A stretch of DNA of 64,000 nucleotides, from the NCBI GenBank assembly GCA_963726745.1, contig CAVSDR010000006.1:64001-128000 (forward strand). Reading direction: 5' to 3'. The translations under genes were made by a program, and so were the position numbers. The notes beneath the pieces are model-generated. The model saw only the letters and a program-made list of their open reading frames with translations. It had not been told where the DNA came from and ran no database searches. This DNA is from an uncultured Verrucomicrobiae bacterium. Its GTDB lineage: Bacteria; Verrucomicrobiota; Verrucomicrobiia; Chthoniobacterales; UBA10450. Positions within the stretch are counted from its first letter, which is position 1; each line of letters opens with the position of its first letter. Shown here piece by piece: positions 28,669 to 38,538 of the stretch.

Positions 28669-30135
28669 ATGACGCTCCAGCCTTCGCTCGAAGAATTCCG
28701 CCGCCTCGCGCACGATGGGAATGTCATCCCGGTCTACGCCGAGTTCGTGGCCGATCACGAGACCCCGGTCTCGGCCTTCGCCAAACTGGACGACGGCGGG
28801 CATAGCTTCCTCTTCGAATCGACCGAAAAGAATGATGTCTCCGGGCGCTTCTCCTTTGTCGGCACCGCGCCGCGCACGGTCATCCGGGCGCGCGGGCGCG
28901 AGGTCACGCTGGACGGCGAGACTTACACCGCCGCCGGCGACCCGCTCGACGAAGTGCGGCGGCTGATGGCGCGCTACCGGCCGGTGGCGCTCCCGGCGGT
29001 GCGCTTCACCGGCGGCGCGGTCGGCTTTCTCGGTTACGAGGCGATCCACCATTTCGAGCCAACGGTGCCGCTGGCGGAGCGCGACGAGCTCGGCCTGCCG
29101 GAGATGCTCTTCATGATCACGAGCAATCTCCTGGTCTTCGATCACCGCCTGCGCTCGCTCAAGATCGTGGTGAACGCGTTCCTCGAGGATGGGGCCGCCG
29201 AGGAAGTTTACGCCGCGGCAGCGGCGACAATCGCGGAAATAGCCGGCAAGTTGTCCCAGCCTTCGCAGTTGCCGCTCCTGGCGCCGGCGGAGGGCGCGCC
29301 GCCGGAAACGCGGAGCAATTTTAGCCAGCAAGCTTTCGAAGCCGCGGTGGCGCGCGCGCAGGAATCCATCCGCGCGGGCGATGTCTTCCAGGTCGTCTTG
29401 TCGCAGCGTTTCGAGGCGGATTACCGCGGGACGGCGCTCGAGCTTTACCGCTGCCTCCGGTTTGTGAATCCGTCGCCCTACATGTTTTGCCTGCGCTTTG
29501 GCGGCGAGTTTTCGCTCGTCGGCAGCTCGCCGGAGTTGCACGTGCGCCTAACGAATGGTCTCGCGGAGATCCGCCCGATCGCCGGCACGCGCCCGCGCGG
29601 CGCCAGCCCCGCGGAAGACGAGGCCAATGCGGCTGAGCTTCTGGCGGACCCGAAGGAATGTGCCGAGCACACAATGCTGGTGGACCTGGCCCGGAACGAC
29701 ATCGGCCGCGTGGCGGAGTTCGGCAGCGTGCAGGTGAACGAGCTGATGAACATCGAGCGCTACAGCCACGTGATGCACCTCGTCTCCAATGTCACCGGAC
29801 GGCTGCGCGCGGGTTTGGATGGCTTCGATTTGGTGCGCGCGACCTTTCCGGCGGGCACGGTCTCGGGCGCGCCAAAAGTGCGGGCGATGCAGCTAATCGC
29901 CGAGCTCGAGGGGACGCGACGCGGATGCTACGCGGGGGCGATCGGCTACTTCGGCTTCGATGGAAAGGTCGACTCCTGCATCGCCTTGCGCTCGGCGTTG
30001 TTGAAAGACGGGAAGGCCTACTTCCAAGCCGGCGCCGGCATCGTGGCCGATTCCGTGCCGGCCGTGGAATTCCAGGAAACCGTGAGCAAAGCGGGCGCAG
30101 TCCGGCGCGCGCTCGCGATGGCGGCGCGCACCTAG
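28669..30135 (+). CDS. trpE: anthranilate synthase component I
   Basis: FLFES, FQVVLSQRF, NPSPYM, PIAGTRPRG, EHTMLVDLARND, FPAGTVSGAPK. Confidence 0.92.
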   Translation: MTLQPSLEEFRRLAHDGNVIPVYAEFVADHETPVSAFAKLDDGGHSFLFESTEKNDVSGRFSFVGTAPRTVIRARGREVTLDGETYTAAGDPLDEVRRLMARYRPVALPAVRFTGGAVGFLGYEAIHHFEPTVPLAERDELGLPEMLFMITSNLLVFDHRLRSLKIVVNAFLEDGAAEEVYAAAAATIAEIAGKLSQPSQLPLLAPAEGAPPETRSNFSQQAFEAAVARAQESIRAGDVFQVVLSQRFEADYRGTALELYRCLRFVNPSPYMFCLRFGGEFSLVGSSPELHVRLTNGLAEIRPIAGTRPRGASPAEDEANAAELLADPKECAEHTMLVDLARNDIGRVAEFGSVQVNELMNIERYSHVMHLVSNVTGRLRAGLDGFDLVRATFPAGTVSGAPKVRAMQLIAELEGTRRGCYAGAIGYFGFDGKVDSCIALRSALLKDGKAYFQAGAGIVADSVPAVEFQETVSKAGAVRRALAMAART

Positions 30136-30207
30136 CCCAGAACGCGCAGGCCGGTGCGCCGGCGAATCTCGGGCAACTGCCGGCAGGCGCGGATGCGATT
30201 CCGGGTC

Positions 30208-30543
30208 ATGAAGACTTACCCTGCAAATTCAATCGGTGGGATGATGCTTTTCCGTGCTCCGGAGCATGGCGGCGAGGCCGTCACAGGCGGTGGACACCCG
30301 GCGGATTCCAGCGTGCCGGCGCAGGAGCAGATCAACGACGCCTTCGGCGAGAACCAGCGCGGCCACGGGAATACCCCCGGCGTGGGCGTGCCCGGGAGCC
30401 ACTCGAACCCGGTGCCCTCGATGGAACAAATCTCGGAGCGCGCGAAGCAGATCTGGGAAGACGAAGGCCGGCCGGAAGGCAAGGCGGACGAACACTGGCT
30501 GCGAGCGGAGGAACAACTGCGCCGTCCGCCCGAGCGCCAATAA
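30208..30543 (+). CDS. DUF2934 domain protein
   Basis: C-terminal EQISERAKQIWEDEGRPEGKADEHWLRAEEQL. Confidence 0.82.
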   Translation: MKTYPANSIGGMMLFRAPEHGGEAVTGGGHPADSSVPAQEQINDAFGENQRGHGNTPGVGVPGSHSNPVPSMEQISERAKQIWEDEGRPEGKADEHWLRAEEQLRRPPERQ

Positions 30544-30625
30544 GAGGCGGAAGCGGCGCGGAAGGTAACGAGCGCGTTACCTCTGCGGGGTTGATGTTCC
30601 GCAGGCAAGGTAATTAGATCGCCCA

Positions 30626-33283
30626 ATGCGCCGCTCTTTCACGCTCCTCGCCGCCCTCGCCCTGGCAGCCACCGCGGGTGCCCAAACCTACCGGCTAATC
30701 GACCTGGGAGTGCCGCCAGGGCAGCAAGTGATCGCAGCCGCGGCGATGAATAATTCCGACCACGTGGCGGCCTCGAGCGAGAACTTTGCTTTCCGCTTCG
30801 CCGGCGGGACCTGGCAGAACCTCGGCACTCTCCCCGGTGGCACCCTCAGTAGCGCGGCCGCGATCAATAGCCTCGGCCAGGTCGCCGGCAGTTCGCAATT
30901 TACCGGGAGCGGGAGCCTGCAACACGCGGCGATTTTAGACAGCAACATGGTGACCGACTTGGGGACGCTGCCAGACTATGGGAACGACAGTCGAGCTCGC
31001 GGGATAAACACCGCCCGGCAGGTGGTGGGACGCGTGGGGACGAGCGGCGGCTCGACCTCGTCGCGCGCATTTATTTGGGATGAAGCCAATGGCATGCGCT
31101 TGATCACGCCCGGTCTCGCCCAGGCCAACAGCATCAACGATGCCGGCCAGGTCACCGGCAACTTCGCGCCTCCCGGCGTGGGCACCGGGGTGCGGCATGC
31201 GTTTCTCTGGACGGAAGCGGGCGGCGTGCAGGACCTCGGGACGCTGGTGCCGAGCGATGGGAATCCTTTCCACGAGACGTCGAGCGAAGGCGTCTTCGTG
31301 AACGCCAACGGCCATGTCGCCGGCAATTCGGCGATCAATTATTTCGACAACCGGCAGCATGCCGTGCTTTACGACGGCACGGCGCTGCGCGATCTCGGCT
31401 CGCTCGGGCCGGACGCCTTCGAGAGCGACCGGAGCACGGCCTTCGGGGTGAACAATCGCGATGAAGTGGTCGGCAGCAGCTACCGGCCTTTCGACGGCGG
31501 CGCGCTCTATCAGGTGGCGTTTATTTATCGTCACGGCGCGATGTATGACCTGGAGCGCCTGCTCGACGCCTCCGGAAGCGATTACCGGCTCTACAGCGCG
31601 GTCGCGATCAATGATTACGGGCACATTTTAGTCGACGCGATCAAGCGTTCGACCGGCGAGCGGCGGGCGGTCATCCTGCAGCCGAATCCAATCGCCACCG
31701 ACTTCGCGATTGTCGTCGACAATAGCGACCCGGCGAACACTGCTTTTGGCACGGGCCCGACGATCAACGATCGCGGGTCGGTCGCCTTTTACGTGGAAGC
31801 AGGCACGAGCACGCCGGGCGTTTACCGGAAAGATCCTGGAGCGCCGCCGGTCTTTGTTGCGGACGCGAACAACGGCTTCCCAGCCATCGACAACTTGGGC
31901 GAAGTCATCTCGCGCCGGACGGGCACGGGCCTGGGGCCGACGGAAATTTTCAAGGGCACGAGCGCCGCGACTTTGGCGATCGTCGCGCAGGCCTTTTCGA
32001 GCGGACCCGATGGGACCTTCCGGTTGTTTGGCGGTTATCCAAATGTCGGGAACGACACCGGGACCGTGGTTTTTTATGCGGAGCTCAATCCCTTGAATCC
32101 ACGCCGTCGTGGAATCTACACGGGCGACGGCACCGGCAGCACTCGCTTGGTCGCCGATAACACGGGAAGCTTCACCTACTTTGGCAACGATCCGGCGATC
32201 AACAACGCCGGCACGGTGGCCTTTATCGGCACCCTCAGCACGACGGAGAATGGGATCTTCGTGGGCCGCGACGGGGGCGCGAACGCAGCCACGAGGGTGG
32301 TGAGCGATCCCGGCAGCGGTCTTTACGCCTTCGAGTCGCTCGCCTTGAACAATCATGGCCAGATCGTCTTCCTCGCGCGCCGACAAGCCACCGGGGCCAA
32401 GGCGATCTACACGGTGCGCGAAGACGGCAGCGGCCTGCGCCTCCTGGCGGACGCCGCCGGACCTTTCGGGCTTTTGAAACCGCCGGCGATCAACGACCTT
32501 GGCACAATCCTGTTCTACGCCACGCTCGACAATAATGCGGCCGGCCTCTACGCCGGACCGGACCCGGTGGACGACAAGGTGCTGGAGGTGGGCGACCCTC
32601 TCTTTGATTCCACCGTCACCAGCCTCGCCTTCTTCCGCGGGCTGAATAATCGCAACGAGTTCGCCTTTTACTACGAGCTCGCCAACGGCCGCAAAGGCAT
32701 CGCCCAAGGCCGGCTGACGCTTGCGAGCACGCCGACCAACGTCGTCTCGCGGCGGACGCACGGAAGCGCAGGCACGTTCGACCTGCCGCTGGCGACGAGC
32801 GGCCAGCCGACGGTTGAGCCGCGCAATGGCCAGGGAAGTTACCGCATCACCTTTCACTTCCCGGTGCCCGTGAGCTTTGGAGCCGCCACCGTGACCAGCG
32901 CCAGCGGCCAGACCGCGGAGGTGGCAGACACGCGGGCGTCAAATGCGGAGGGCACTGAGATCAGTGTAGATTTGGCGAATGTGAGCAACGGGCAGGTGCT
33001 CACGACCACCCTCCAGGGAGTGGAAGGGAGAGCCGACGTCGCCGTGCGACTGGCCATTCTCCCGGGCGACGTCAACGGCGACGGCATCGTCAACGCGGGG
33101 GATGTGATCCCGGTGCGGAACCGCTCCGGGCAGGTCACGGACGTAAGCAATTTCCTCGCAGACGTGACTACGGACGGCGTGATCAATGGCGCGGACACCC
33201 TGGTGGTGCGAGGCCGGGCAGGCAGCGCGCTGTCGCGCAACCAAAACGGCGCCGCGCGGGAAACGCGCGGCGCCGTTCGTTAG
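30626..33283 (+). CDS. secreted repeat protein: HAF-type repeats, NxxGxVAF repeats, C-terminal dockerin-like domain
   Basis: Signal peptide; DLGTL/HAFLW repeats; INDRGSVAF, INNAGTVAF, LNNRNEFAF repeats; VSRRTHGSAGTFDLPL followed by GDVNGDGIVNAGD..DVTTDGVINGAD. Confidence 0.85.
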   Translation: MRRSFTLLAALALAATAGAQTYRLIDLGVPPGQQVIAAAAMNNSDHVAASSENFAFRFAGGTWQNLGTLPGGTLSSAAAINSLGQVAGSSQFTGSGSLQHAAILDSNMVTDLGTLPDYGNDSRARGINTARQVVGRVGTSGGSTSSRAFIWDEANGMRLITPGLAQANSINDAGQVTGNFAPPGVGTGVRHAFLWTEAGGVQDLGTLVPSDGNPFHETSSEGVFVNANGHVAGNSAINYFDNRQHAVLYDGTALRDLGSLGPDAFESDRSTAFGVNNRDEVVGSSYRPFDGGALYQVAFIYRHGAMYDLERLLDASGSDYRLYSAVAINDYGHILVDAIKRSTGERRAVILQPNPIATDFAIVVDNSDPANTAFGTGPTINDRGSVAFYVEAGTSTPGVYRKDPGAPPVFVADANNGFPAIDNLGEVISRRTGTGLGPTEIFKGTSAATLAIVAQAFSSGPDGTFRLFGGYPNVGNDTGTVVFYAELNPLNPRRRGIYTGDGTGSTRLVADNTGSFTYFGNDPAINNAGTVAFIGTLSTTENGIFVGRDGGANAATRVVSDPGSGLYAFESLALNNHGQIVFLARRQATGAKAIYTVREDGSGLRLLADAAGPFGLLKPPAINDLGTILFYATLDNNAAGLYAGPDPVDDKVLEVGDPLFDSTVTSLAFFRGLNNRNEFAFYYELANGRKGIAQGRLTLASTPTNVVSRRTHGSAGTFDLPLATSGQPTVEPRNGQGSYRITFHFPVPVSFGAATVTSASGQTAEVADTRASNAEGTEISVDLANVSNGQVLTTTLQGVEGRADVAVRLAILPGDVNGDGIVNAGDVIPVRNRSGQVTDVSNFLADVTTDGVINGADTLVVRGRAGSALSRNQNGAARETRGAVR
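33243..33277 (-). terminator. rho-independent terminator of the RRM gene
   Basis: 14-bp stem AACGGCGCCGCGCG/CGCGCGGCGCCGTT, 5-nt loop, short T-run on the minus strand; lies inside the 3' end of the convergent gene. Confidence 0.7.
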
Positions 33284-33304
33284 GCAACAAGTTGCCGGCT
33301 AAAA

Positions 33305-33604
33305 TTAGCGACGTCCGCCGCCGCCGCCGCCGCCGCCGCCAGAGAAGGAACGCGGGCGTTCTTCGCGGGCACGAGCTTCGTTGACGGTGAGGGTGCGACC
33401 CTGGACTTCTTTGCCATTGAAGGCTTCGATCGCGGCGTTGCCGGAAGCGGCGTCACCCATGGTGACGAAACCGAAACCGCGCGAGCGGCCGGTGGTGCGA
33501 TCGTTGATCAACGCCACGTCCATGACTTTGCCGTGTTGCTCGAAAAGATCCTGGAGATCGTTTTCAGTGGTGTCGAATGAGAGGTTTCCTACGTACAGTT
33601 TCAT
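33305..33604 (-). CDS. RRM-domain RNA-binding protein with Gly-rich tail
   Basis: KLYVGNL (RNP2), RGFGFVTM (RNP1), LTVNEAR. Confidence 0.95.
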   Translation of the reverse strand: MKLYVGNLSFDTTENDLQDLFEQHGKVMDVALINDRTTGRSRGFGFVTMGDAASGNAAIEAFNGKEVQGRTLTVNEARAREERPRSFSGGGGGGGGGRR

Positions 33605-33865
33605 AACAAGTTTTGGAGCAAAACTGGGAGTTTACAGAGCCGTTCCCGTGAATCGGGTTTCGGATCACCAATGAGGAGTCTCACCTGACGATCTACCAAG
33701 CAGCGAACAGAACAGAATCAATCCAATAAGCGGGCACCGTCGCCCGAATCGCCCAAAGCACAACCTTTCATTTCCCCCGGCCGGCCGCAGCGTTGGGCGC
33801 GTTCCCCCTAGGCGCGAGGGGGCCATTGCTTCCGCGGCGTCGCCCAGCGAAGCTGCCGGAACAGG

Positions 33866-36800
33866 ATGCAACCAAGCCAGGAACCCGCCTCAACCCCGTC
33901 GCCCGAAAGTAATTCAACCAAGGGCCCGGGGCCGTTGGCCGTGGTCGGCTTGGGCGCTTCGGCCGGCGGGCTCAAGCCGCTGCAAGCATTCTTTGCCGCG
34001 ATCGCGCCGGATTCGCAGCTCGCCTTCGTGGTCGTGATGCACCTGGCCCCGGAGCACGAAAGCAGCCTGCCTGAGATTCTGCAGCTCCGCACGAAGATGC
34101 CGGTGCTGCAGGTGAATGACAAAGTGCGGGTGCAGGCGAACCACGTTTACGTCATCCCGCCCGGGAAGCAGTTGACCATGAGCGACGGCTTCGTCGTGAC
34201 CTCGGAGTTGCACCAGCCGCTCGGGCGGCGGGTGGCGATCGACCTCTTTTTCCGCACGCTCGCGGAGCAATGGGGCCACCGGGGCATCAGCGTCATTCTC
34301 TCGGGGAGCGACTCCGACGGCGTCATCGGCGTGCGCCACATCAAAGCCCAGGGCGGGATCACGATCGCGCAGGATCCGGCCGAGGCGGAACACGCCAGCA
34401 TGCCACGGAACGCGATCGAATCGGGAATGATCGATTGGGTTCTGCCGGTCGCGGAGATGCCGCGAAAGCTGCTCGAGTATGTGCGCAACGAGCAACGTCT
34501 CAAGCTGCCGCCGGAAGAGGTGGCGGAAGCAGCACCCGAAGACGAAGCCGACGAAGTGGCCACCGCTGAAGGTCCGCCCAAGGCTCCGCCCGCCCGCCAA
34601 ACTGGCAGTGCGCAGGACGAGGCGGCCCTGCACAAAGTGCTGGCTTTTGTCCGCAGTCACACCGGGCACGACTTCGGGCATTACAAGCGTGCGACCGTGC
34701 TCCGCCGGATCGCGCGCCGTCTCCAGGTAAATTCGCTCGAGGACATCCCCTCTTACCTCGGCTTTCTCCAAAGTCACCCGATGGAGGCGCCGGCGCTCCT
34801 GAGCGACTTGCTCATCGGAGTGACCAATTTTTTCCGCGACCGCGCGGCTTTCGATTCGCTGGCTAATAATCTGCCGCAAATCTTCGCGAGCAAGCAACCG
34901 GGGGACGAGGTGCGTGTCTGGGTGCCGGCCTGCGCCACAGGCGAGGAAGCCTATTCCATTGCGATGCTCATGCGGGCGCACATGGACAAGCTGGAAAGCC
35001 CGCCCTCGGTGCAGATGTTTGCCACTGATCTCGACGTGGAGGCCGTGGGCGATGCCCGGCGCGGCGAATACCCCACGGCGATCGAAGCCGATGTGCCGCC
35101 GGAATTTCTCCGCCGGCACTTCGTGAATCACCACGGGCGCTACGTCATCTCCAAGGAGATCCGCGGGATGGTCCTCTTTACCCCGCACGATCTCCTGAGC
35201 GACTCACCGTTCTCGCGGATCGATCTCGTTTCCTGCCGGAATCTCCTGATCTACCTGAAGCCGGACGCGCAACACAGAGTGCTGGATATTTTTCACTTTG
35301 CGCTCCGCCCCGGCGGGCTCCTTTTCCTTGGCAGCTCGGAGACGGTCGATGGCGAGCACACACTCTTTGCCGCGATCGACAAAACCCATCGGATTTACGT
35401 GCGCCGCAGCGGCGCGCGCGTGCCGCTGGTGATCTCGCTTCCAGTCACGCTCACGCCCAAGCGGATCGAGCCCTCCACGCTCCTGCCGCGGAACCTTCGC
35501 ACGCCGTTGCGCCTGCCGAGTGTGCAGTCCCGCGCGGGCGATCCGATCCCGGTGGTGGAAGCACGCTCGACCGCCGATCTCCACCTCGCCTTGGTGGAGC
35601 AATACGCGCCGCCTTCGGTGATCATCGACGAGCATCACAATGTGCTCCACGTCTCCGCGCGCGCCGGCCGCTACCTGCAATTTAGCGCCGGCGTGCCTTC
35701 GGCAGAGTTGCTCAAGGCAGTCGACGAATCGTTGCGCGTGCCGCTGCGCACGGCGCTTTTTCGCGCCGCGCAAACCGGGGAAAACATCACCGCACCGCGC
35801 GTGGCCCTGGAGGCGAATGGCGATTCCATGTTGCTGGATCTCCACATCCGTCCGGCGCGCGACAGCATCACGGGCAATTACTATTTCCTGATCGTCTTCG
35901 AGGAACATACGACCGAGGGAGCAGTCGCCGCGGCCGCGCTGGCGCACGAACCGGCCGCTCCGCATCTGGAGGAGGAATTGCGGCAAATGCGGCAACAGCT
36001 CAGCCAGACGGTGGAGCAATACGAGGCCTCCAATGAGGAGCTCAAAGCCTCGAACGAGGAACTCCAGGCGATGAACGAGGAACTGCGTTCCGCCACCGAG
36101 GAGCTGGAGACGAGTCGCGAGGAACTGCAGTCGGTGAACGAAGAGCTCACCACAGTGAACTACGAGCTGAAGACGAGCGTGGAGGACTTGAGCAAGGCCA
36201 ACAGCGACCTGCAAAACCTCATGGCCTCGACCGACATCGGGACCATTTTCCTGAACCGCTCGCTCCACATCGAACGCTTTACCCCGCCGGTGCGGGATCT
36301 GTTCAACCTCCGCGAGAATGATCTCGGCCGGCCGCTCTCTGATCTCACCAGCCACCTCGAGTATCCGGATCTCGAAGAAGACGCGCGCCTTGTCCTGCGC
36401 GACCTGACGAAACTGGAGCGCGAAGTGCGCAGCCGGGAAGGCCAGTCCTTCCTGGTGCGCCTGGTGCCTTATCGCAGCCTGGAGGATCGGATCGATGGCG
36501 TGATCCTGAACTTCGTCGAAATCACCGAGCGCCGAAAAGCCGAGGAACAACGCGCGCAAAGCCAGCAGCAGCTCGACTTGATCGTGGGTGTGGCCCCGTT
36601 GCCGATCCTTTACCTCGACCCCGACGGCACGGTCCGTTTCGCCAACCGCACCTGGCTCGACTGGATCCAGCGCACGCGCGAGGAAACCTTCGGGCGTTCC
36701 CTGCGCGAGATCCTGGGCGACGAGCATTTCGCCACCGTCCAGCCGTACTTTGCGCGCGCCCTTCACGGGGAGATCCTGAGCTTCGAGTTCCGGAGAAATT

Positions 36801-38461
36801 ACCCCGCGCTGGGCGAGCGCGAAGTGCAGGTGCAGATGGCGCCGGATCGCGATGCCGCGGGGAAAGTCGTGGGCGTGGTCGGCGCGCTCACCGACATCAG
36901 TCACCTGCGCGAGGCTGAGCTGGCGCTGCGCGAGAGCGAGGCGCGCTTCCGGCAATTTGCCGAGAATTCTTCCGACCTGCTTTGGATCGCCGAGGCGGAA
37001 ACCGGCCAGCTGGAATTCCTCAGCCCGGCTTTCGAGGAAGTCTGCGGCCTCTCGAGCGCCGAGGTGATGCGGAATGGGGAACATTGGAACGCGCTCATCC
37101 ATCCGGATGACCGCGCGCCGGTATCGCAGGCGCTGGCTCGTGCGCGTGATGGCGAAACCGTGGCGCTCGAGTATCGCATCGTCCGCGCAGCGGATGGTGA
37201 GGCCCGCTGGATTCGCGGCACGGCTTTTCCGATGCGCAATGAAAAGGGCGTAATCGTGCGCGTGGGCGGCCTGGCTCAGGACGTGACCGAAGCTCATCGG
37301 CATGCAGCGGAACTCCGCGTGAGCGAGGAGCGCCTCAGCCTCCTGGTCGAAGGGGCGCGCGACTATGCGATGTTCCTGCTCGATCCGAGCAACATCATTG
37401 TCCACTGGAACAGCGGTGCGGAACGCGTCTTCGGCTGGAGCGCAGAAGAAGCTTTGGGGAAATCGGGCGAACTCATTTTCACGCCCGAAGACCGCGCGAT
37501 CGAAGCCGAAGAGCACGAGATCCGACAAGCGATGGAGCACGGGCGCGCGCTCGATCAACGCTGGCATCTGCGAAAAGATGGCAGCCGCATCTGGGTCGAT
37601 GGCGTGATGCACCGGCTGGACGACGAGCACACCGGAGCGCTCCGAGGGTTTGCCAAGATCGCCCGCGATGCCTCCGGACGCCGAAAAATCGAGCAGGATC
37701 TGGAAAGGGCGCACGCCGAGCTCGAGGAACGCGTGCGGGAACGAACCGCCGAACTCCAGGCGACAAACGACGCCTTGAATACGGAAATTAGCCAGCGCCA
37801 GCGCCTCGAACGCGAGATCCTCGGCGTGACCGAGCGCGAGCGCGCCCGGATCAGCCAGGATTTACACGACAGCCTCTGCCAGGCGCTCACCGCCACGGCC
37901 TTCCTGCTGAAGTCGCGCGCGAAATCTTTCGCCGCGGGCGACCCGGAAGCGGCCGAGGCTTTGCTTGAGGCCGCGGAGACGGTGAACGAAAACGCCGGCC
38001 TGGCGCGCGATCTCGCACGCGGCTTGCACCCATTCGATCTCGGCTCCGGCGGCCTCCCCTCGGCCCTGCGCGAGCTCTGCGCGCGCACCCAGGAAAAGAT
38101 CAACTGCCGCTGCCAATCGCCGCGCAGCATCGCCCTGGACGAGAACTTGTCGGTTAATCTCTACCGCATCGCGCAGGAAGCGGTCACCAACGCAAGCAAA
38201 CACGCAAAGGCGAGCGAGATCGTGATCGAGCTGCGGCGGCTCTCCCGCGAGATCATCCTTTCGATCAAGGACGATGGGCAACCAATGAAGCCGAAGGCAC
38301 GCGAAGGCCTCGGCATTCACATGATGCAGTATCGCGCCAACGCCATCGGTGGGACGCTCGAGTTCACCACGCCCGAATGCGGCGGCACGGTCGTGACCTG
38401 CCGGGTGCCACGGCCAAAGAAGTCGGCGGCGCGAAAAAGCCCTTCGGAAAAGCCTGCATAA
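33866..38461 (+). CDS. CheB/CheR fusion with PAS domains and HisKA_3-type histidine kinase
   Basis: GASAGG CheB; VTNFFRD, CATGEEAYS, CRNLLIY CheR; NEEL coiled coil; several PAS domains; QDLHDSLCQ H-box, QEAVTNASKHA. Confidence 0.93.
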   Translation: MQPSQEPASTPSPESNSTKGPGPLAVVGLGASAGGLKPLQAFFAAIAPDSQLAFVVVMHLAPEHESSLPEILQLRTKMPVLQVNDKVRVQANHVYVIPPGKQLTMSDGFVVTSELHQPLGRRVAIDLFFRTLAEQWGHRGISVILSGSDSDGVIGVRHIKAQGGITIAQDPAEAEHASMPRNAIESGMIDWVLPVAEMPRKLLEYVRNEQRLKLPPEEVAEAAPEDEADEVATAEGPPKAPPARQTGSAQDEAALHKVLAFVRSHTGHDFGHYKRATVLRRIARRLQVNSLEDIPSYLGFLQSHPMEAPALLSDLLIGVTNFFRDRAAFDSLANNLPQIFASKQPGDEVRVWVPACATGEEAYSIAMLMRAHMDKLESPPSVQMFATDLDVEAVGDARRGEYPTAIEADVPPEFLRRHFVNHHGRYVISKEIRGMVLFTPHDLLSDSPFSRIDLVSCRNLLIYLKPDAQHRVLDIFHFALRPGGLLFLGSSETVDGEHTLFAAIDKTHRIYVRRSGARVPLVISLPVTLTPKRIEPSTLLPRNLRTPLRLPSVQSRAGDPIPVVEARSTADLHLALVEQYAPPSVIIDEHHNVLHVSARAGRYLQFSAGVPSAELLKAVDESLRVPLRTALFRAAQTGENITAPRVALEANGDSMLLDLHIRPARDSITGNYYFLIVFEEHTTEGAVAAAALAHEPAAPHLEEELRQMRQQLSQTVEQYEASNEELKASNEELQAMNEELRSATEELETSREELQSVNEELTTVNYELKTSVEDLSKANSDLQNLMASTDIGTIFLNRSLHIERFTPPVRDLFNLRENDLGRPLSDLTSHLEYPDLEEDARLVLRDLTKLEREVRSREGQSFLVRLVPYRSLEDRIDGVILNFVEITERRKAEEQRAQSQQQLDLIVGVAPLPILYLDPDGTVRFANRTWLDWIQRTREETFGRSLREILGDEHFATVQPYFARALHGEILSFEFRRNYPALGEREVQVQMAPDRDAAGKVVGVVGALTDISHLREAELALRESEARFRQFAENSSDLLWIAEAETGQLEFLSPAFEEVCGLSSAEVMRNGEHWNALIHPDDRAPVSQALARARDGETVALEYRIVRAADGEARWIRGTAFPMRNEKGVIVRVGGLAQDVTEAHRHAAELRVSEERLSLLVEGARDYAMFLLDPSNIIVHWNSGAERVFGWSAEEALGKSGELIFTPEDRAIEAEEHEIRQAMEHGRALDQRWHLRKDGSRIWVDGVMHRLDDEHTGALRGFAKIARDASGRRKIEQDLERAHAELEERVRERTAELQATNDALNTEISQRQRLEREILGVTERERARISQDLHDSLCQALTATAFLLKSRAKSFAAGDPEAAEALLEAAETVNENAGLARDLARGLHPFDLGSGGLPSALRELCARTQEKINCRCQSPRSIALDENLSVNLYRIAQEAVTNASKHAKASEIVIELRRLSREIILSIKDDGQPMKPKAREGLGIHMMQYRANAIGGTLEFTTPECGGTVVTCRVPRPKKSAARKSPSEKPA

Positions 38462-38538
38462 AGCGATGAATCGCAGACATCTCCCGTCTCTGCGGCCTGC
38501 GATTAGTAAACTGAGTGCAATCGTCACAATCGACTCTC

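Noticed and set aside
33315..33340. (CCG)n microsatellite
   Set aside because: Encodes the Gly-rich tail of the RRM protein.
36020..36180. Repeated AACGAGGA(A/G)CT units
   Set aside because: Coding for the NEEL heptads of the CheR-kinase coiled coil; not a CRISPR or DNA-level repeat.
1279..37714. Long antisense ORFs (e.g. 1279..3279, 15733..17826, 35204..37714)
   Set aside because: Shadow ORFs opposite well-supported genes, expected at high GC; no recognisable motifs.
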